The position numbers were made by a program, and so were the translations under genes. The notes under the pieces are model-generated. The model was not told the origin of the DNA. It did not search any database and was given only the letters and a program-made list of their open reading frames with translations. Source: an uncultured Planctomycetaceae bacterium (GTDB lineage Bacteria > Planctomycetota > Phycisphaerae > SM23-33). From it: a stretch of DNA of 64,000 nucleotides. Each line of letters begins with the position of its first letter. Within the stretch, counting starts at the first letter, position 1. Positions 61,000 through 64,000 of the stretch are shown here, one piece after another. Location: contig CAZFPT010000001.1 in the NCBI GenBank assembly GCA_964521005.1, forward strand, positions 3,122 to 67,121. Reading direction: 5' to 3'.

Positions 61000-61752
61000 T
61001 CAGTCCAGTGGGAACAGCTGTCCCGTGTGTATGTTGATTGGCAGGAGAATCGCGTTGCGGTTGATGTAGTCGCCCTTATCGCCGGCGGCGTCGAAGTCCT
61101 TGTAGTTGAACATGCAGATGGCGGCAGTGCCGTACTCGGCGTCCTGGGTTCCGCTGGCGTCGGGGCTGGTGCGGTTGGTCGTCCAGAGGCGTGTGCGGGC
61201 GCCGCTGGAGGTCACCAGGTCGCTGGAGGGCGAGAGGCGGATTTCCCTGCCCTGCACGCTGCGAACCAGTCGGCCGTTGGGCGAGAAGACGATGGTCATC
61301 GTCGTGAAGCTCTTCGGGCTTCTGTAGTCGAACTCGCCGTCGCCGCCGCCGGCGAAGATCTCGCCGGTCTCGTTGGACAGGTCGCCAAAGGCAATGTTGC
61401 CGGGAACACGCTCGGGCTTGGATTCCGGAGCGATGTCGAAATTCGCGTTCGAGCTGTCCATGCTCTCCAGCGTGACCAGCGAGGTGAAGCAGACGCCCTC
61501 CAGGTCCGGGTTGCGGCTTTCGTCGGCCAACTGGATGTGTACGCCGGCGTAGGTCCCGTTCCGCATGGCCGTCGAACGGGCGGCGCGGATCTGCGCGGAG
61601 ATCAGATTGTACGATTGCTTGTCCGCACCGGCTGAGAGCAGGGCGGAAATGCTCGGAAGGGCGATGCCCGCCGCCAGGACGATCACGCCCAGCACGACCA
61701 TCATCTCCACCATGGTGAACGCACCGCAGGTTGTCTTACGTCGTGTGTGCAT
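61000..61752 (-). CDS. prepilin-type pseudopilin (GspH position)
   Basis: 'CGAFTMVEMMVVLGVIVLAAGI'. Start ATG at 61752 has a GAGGTG RBS. Confidence 0.6.
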   Translation of the reverse strand: MHTRRKTTCGAFTMVEMMVVLGVIVLAAGIALPSISALLSAGADKQSYNLISAQIRAARSTAMRNGTYAGVHIQLADESRNPDLEGVCFTSLVTLESMDSSNANFDIAPESKPERVPGNIAFGDLSNETGEIFAGGGDGEFDYRSPKSFTTMTIVFSPNGRLVRSVQGREIRLSPSSDLVTSSGARTRLWTTNRTSPDASGTQDAEYGTAAICMFNYKDFDAAGDKGDYINRNAILLPINIHTGQLFPLD

Positions 61753-61769
61753 CGTGCACCTCAATAGGG

Positions 61770-62261
61770 TCAGCGGTCCGAGCGGATATCGTCGTGGCCA
61801 TACTCGTCACCCTCGCTGCCGAACCGCCGGTCCGGCCCGGGCGAGATCAGCACGGGCGTTCCGCCGAACCCGCCGTCGGCGTCGTATTTCATCTCCTCGC
61901 CGAACCCGTCGAGGAGCTTGTTGTCCTCCCCGCCGAGGTTCTCCCCGCTCAACTGGTCGAGAATCGCCGAGGCGCTGTCGCTCTTGCGGAGCTCTTTGAC
62001 CAGTTTGCCCGTATCGCTGGCCTGCGGGGGGGCGCTGTCGGGGTCCTCTTCCTGGTAGGCCTGGATGGCGCGGATGACGATCGCCATCGCCGCCTGGGTC
62101 TCCTTCTTGGCGGCAGAGTCGGTCACGTACCGACCGACGTTCACGATCAGCGCCACGATCAGGGCCATGATGAACATGACCACCAGCAGCTCGATCAGCG
62201 TAAAGCCATCCCCTCGGCGTCGGCGTGGGGCGGCGGGTTGTCCTGGTCCTGCAAAACGCAT
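61770..62261 (-). CDS. GspG-like major pseudopilin
   Basis: 'GDGFTLIELLVVMFIMALI' and a GspG-like C-terminus '...SPGPDRRFGSEGDEYGHDDIRS'. AGGAGA RBS. Confidence 0.7.
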   Translation of the reverse strand: MRFAGPGQPAAPRRRRGDGFTLIELLVVMFIMALIVALIVNVGRYVTDSAAKKETQAAMAIVIRAIQAYQEEDPDSAPPQASDTGKLVKELRKSDSASAILDQLSGENLGGEDNKLLDGFGEEMKYDADGGFGGTPVLISPGPDRRFGSEGDEYGHDDIRSDR

Positions 62262-62286
62262 GGAGCGTCTCCTGCGGTTGGCCTGC

Positions 62287-63000
62287 CTATTCGGGCAGGA
62301 AGTTGGTGATGTCGTCGGTGGTCACGTCGTCGCGGTAGGATCTCTTCTTGCCGTCCGGGCCTGCCGACCACAGAAAGAAGTCGTGGCGGAAATAATCGCC
62401 GTCGGCGTCCTTGTAGTACGAGTCGTTTGGCCCGTCGCCCTCGAACCGGGTGTAACTGATTGTGTTCTCGAATTCGTCGACGAAGACCAAGCCGCGGTGT
62501 CTGTCATTGCCCTTCGTGTCCTTCTTCAGCCGAACCTTTTCGGGGTCCACGTACGGGCCGACCTTGCGTTTGTTGGCCTTCATCCGAAAGCCGTACCCCT
62601 GGACGCCGTCATCACCCATCACGATCTCTTCGCGAGTTACGGTGTCTGTCGGGTGCGGCTTGCCGTCGTTGCCGATATCGGGGAAGTAGCCCAGCAGACA
62701 CTGCACGAGCATCTTCGCCCCGTTCCATCCTGTCGGACACTGCCAGGCAGTCATCTCACGGTCATCGTCCGGGGGAAACTCGCCCCAGTCGTCGCGATAG
62801 AGTTTACAGCCGGCTTCGAGGTTGTTGATGGTCGCCTGCGAAGCCTTCACGGCGACCTGGCGGCGGACCTGCAGAATGGTCGGCAGGACGATGCCCGCCA
62901 GCAGGACAATCACCGAGATCACCACCAGCATCTCCACGAGGGTGAATCCCCGGTGGAAAGGTCGGCCGATGGGTCTGTCATTGCGGTCGGTCGCGTGCAT
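62287..63000 (-). CDS. GspG-like pseudopilin with H-X9-DG motif
   Basis: 'HRGFTLVEMLVVISVIVLLAGI'. C-terminal 'HDFFLWSAGPDG' is exactly H-X9-DG, followed by 'DDITN'. AGGAGG RBS. Confidence 0.7.
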   Translation of the reverse strand: MHATDRNDRPIGRPFHRGFTLVEMLVVISVIVLLAGIVLPTILQVRRQVAVKASQATINNLEAGCKLYRDDWGEFPPDDDREMTAWQCPTGWNGAKMLVQCLLGYFPDIGNDGKPHPTDTVTREEIVMGDDGVQGYGFRMKANKRKVGPYVDPEKVRLKKDTKGNDRHRGLVFVDEFENTISYTRFEGDGPNDSYYKDADGDYFRHDFFLWSAGPDGKKRSYRDDVTTDDITNFLPE

Positions 63001-63002
63001 GG

Positions 63003-63638
63003 TCAGCCTCCTGCGTTGCCGTTGGTGATGTCGTCGGAGGTAAAGTACAGGCGGTCGGCACCCGCACTGAGAAGCAGGTACGGCCCGCTGCCCCCGCCGA
63101 AGTTTCCGCCCTTCGTCTCGTCGGTGACCAACTCGCCGTTGTCGGACGCCCTGAAGTTCCCCTCACCCAGTCGCGAGGGGTAGTAGAGAATCGGCATCGG
63201 CGTGGGCAGCCCGTCGGAGAGCACGTTCTCATGGGTGGTTTCGTCGACCTCGTAGTCGAAGAGAATCCCCCCGCTGAAATCGGCGTACTGCGTCGAGGCC
63301 GGGAAGATATCGTCGCCGTCGTCGTCGGTCTTCGTAAACAGTGCTCTGGCCAGCAGCTCGCTGCCGTTGCTGGTGTCGGGGTCGTCCCGCCAGTTGGCGT
63401 TGACCTGTCCGGGGTAGTGGTTGTTGTTGACCTTGTACCAGAGGTCCACGCTTCGGCTGAGCGATTCCAGCCGGGCCTTGGCCTTGGTCTGGTTCATGGT
63501 CTTGATCACCGACTGGACCGTGGGCACGAGGATGCCCATCAGCAGCGTGATGATCACGATCACCACCAGCAGCTCCACGAGCGTGAACCCGCCCGGCAGG
63601 CTGCTTTGCCGTCGTCTTTGTCTGGTCCGTGGCGTCAT
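63003..63638 (-). CDS. GspG-like pseudopilin
   Basis: 'PGGFTLVELLVVIVIITLLMGIL' and C-terminal 'GPYLLLSAGADRLYFTSDDITN'. GAAGGA RBS. Confidence 0.7.
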   Translation of the reverse strand: MTPRTRQRRRQSSLPGGFTLVELLVVIVIITLLMGILVPTVQSVIKTMNQTKAKARLESLSRSVDLWYKVNNNHYPGQVNANWRDDPDTSNGSELLARALFTKTDDDGDDIFPASTQYADFSGGILFDYEVDETTHENVLSDGLPTPMPILYYPSRLGEGNFRASDNGELVTDETKGGNFGGGSGPYLLLSAGADRLYFTSDDITNGNAGG

Positions 63639-63643
63639 GGCGT

Positions 63644-64000
63644 CTAGTCCTTCTTCCAGCTGGTTACGTCGTCGGTGGTGAAGAACACGCGATCCTCACC
63701 GGCGGCGACGAAGACGTACTTCCCGTCGCCATGGGGGATCCCGGTCTTCTCGTTCCGCACCAGGTCCTCCAGGCTGCCGTCGGTCTCGGTCAGCAGGGCG
63801 CTGTTCTGGTTTTCCCTGAACTGGTTCACGTTGCCGCTGCGGTCCGGGTGCGCGGGCCAGTAGCAGATCGCCATCGGCCGGGGGAACCCGTCCATCGGCG
63901 CCCACTTCTTGCCGACTTCATTGCCCGTCTCGTCCAGCAGATTCTCGGGAGGCCTTCCGACGTAGGCGTCTTCCGGCTCCCAGCCGCTACGGAAGGGGTT
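63644..64000 (-). CDS. GspG-like pseudopilin, 3' portion only (N-terminus beyond window)
   Basis: The frame stays open to the window edge. C-terminal 'GDGKYVFVAAGEDRVFFTTDDVTSW' matches the other paralogs. Confidence 0.5.
   Translation of the reverse strand, partial: NPFRSGWEPEDAYVGRPPENLLDETGNEVGKKWAPMDGFPRPMAICYWPAHPDRSGNVNQFRENQNSALLTETDGSLEDLVRNEKTGIPHGDGKYVFVAAGEDRVFFTTDDVTSWKKD

Overview
This is a high-GC (~68%) chromosomal window. Its gene content points to a Planctomycetes/PVC-superphylum genome. Coding density is high and few stretches lack a plausible gene; every gene named here is called from sequence motifs and synteny. Most long ORFs in the six-frame track are antisense or out-of-frame artefacts of the GC content. 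Recognisable genes, in order:
- two HEAT-repeat proteins;
- a ROK glucokinase and anthranilate synthase I (trpE);
- a VanZ-like protein and an orphan ParA/MinD ATPase;
- a lysine/alanine-rich histone-H1-like protein;
- a complete V-type ATPase operon in the Chlamydia/Bacteroidetes arrangement (E, CT309-like DUF2764, A, B, D, I, K), with a low-GC four-helix-bundle (TIGR02436) cassette flanked by inverted repeats between atpA and atpB;
- a STAS antagonist, a core GspE/PilB-type ATPase and a PIN/TRAM protein;
- glucose-6-phosphate dehydrogenase (zwf);
- dnaA, with DnaA boxes upstream;
- phosphate acetyltransferase (pta), and the cmk and plsC genes;
- a XylR-like regulator next to sugar-isomerase, lyase-like and large secreted-protein genes;
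- a LOG-family enzyme fused to a histone-like Lys-rich tail;
- an LPS-core operon of heptosyltransferase, Kdo-kinase-like protein, a GT4 glycosyltransferase and plsY, linked by 4-nt start/stop overlaps;
- a GAF-PP2C phosphatase and a HAD hydrolase;
- at the 3' end, a tight minus-strand operon of type II secretion-like pseudopilins (at least four GspG-like paralogs, then H-, I- and J-position genes and a giant GspK-like protein).
Non-coding highlights are a 165-bp tandem duplicated hairpin/terminator element, several bidirectional terminators, and an AT-rich island in an 850-bp intergenic region. No rRNA or CRISPR arrays were seen; no tRNA was found in the intergenic stretches inspected by eye. 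All coordinates rest on ORF-track arithmetic plus reading of the sequence; no database search was possible.
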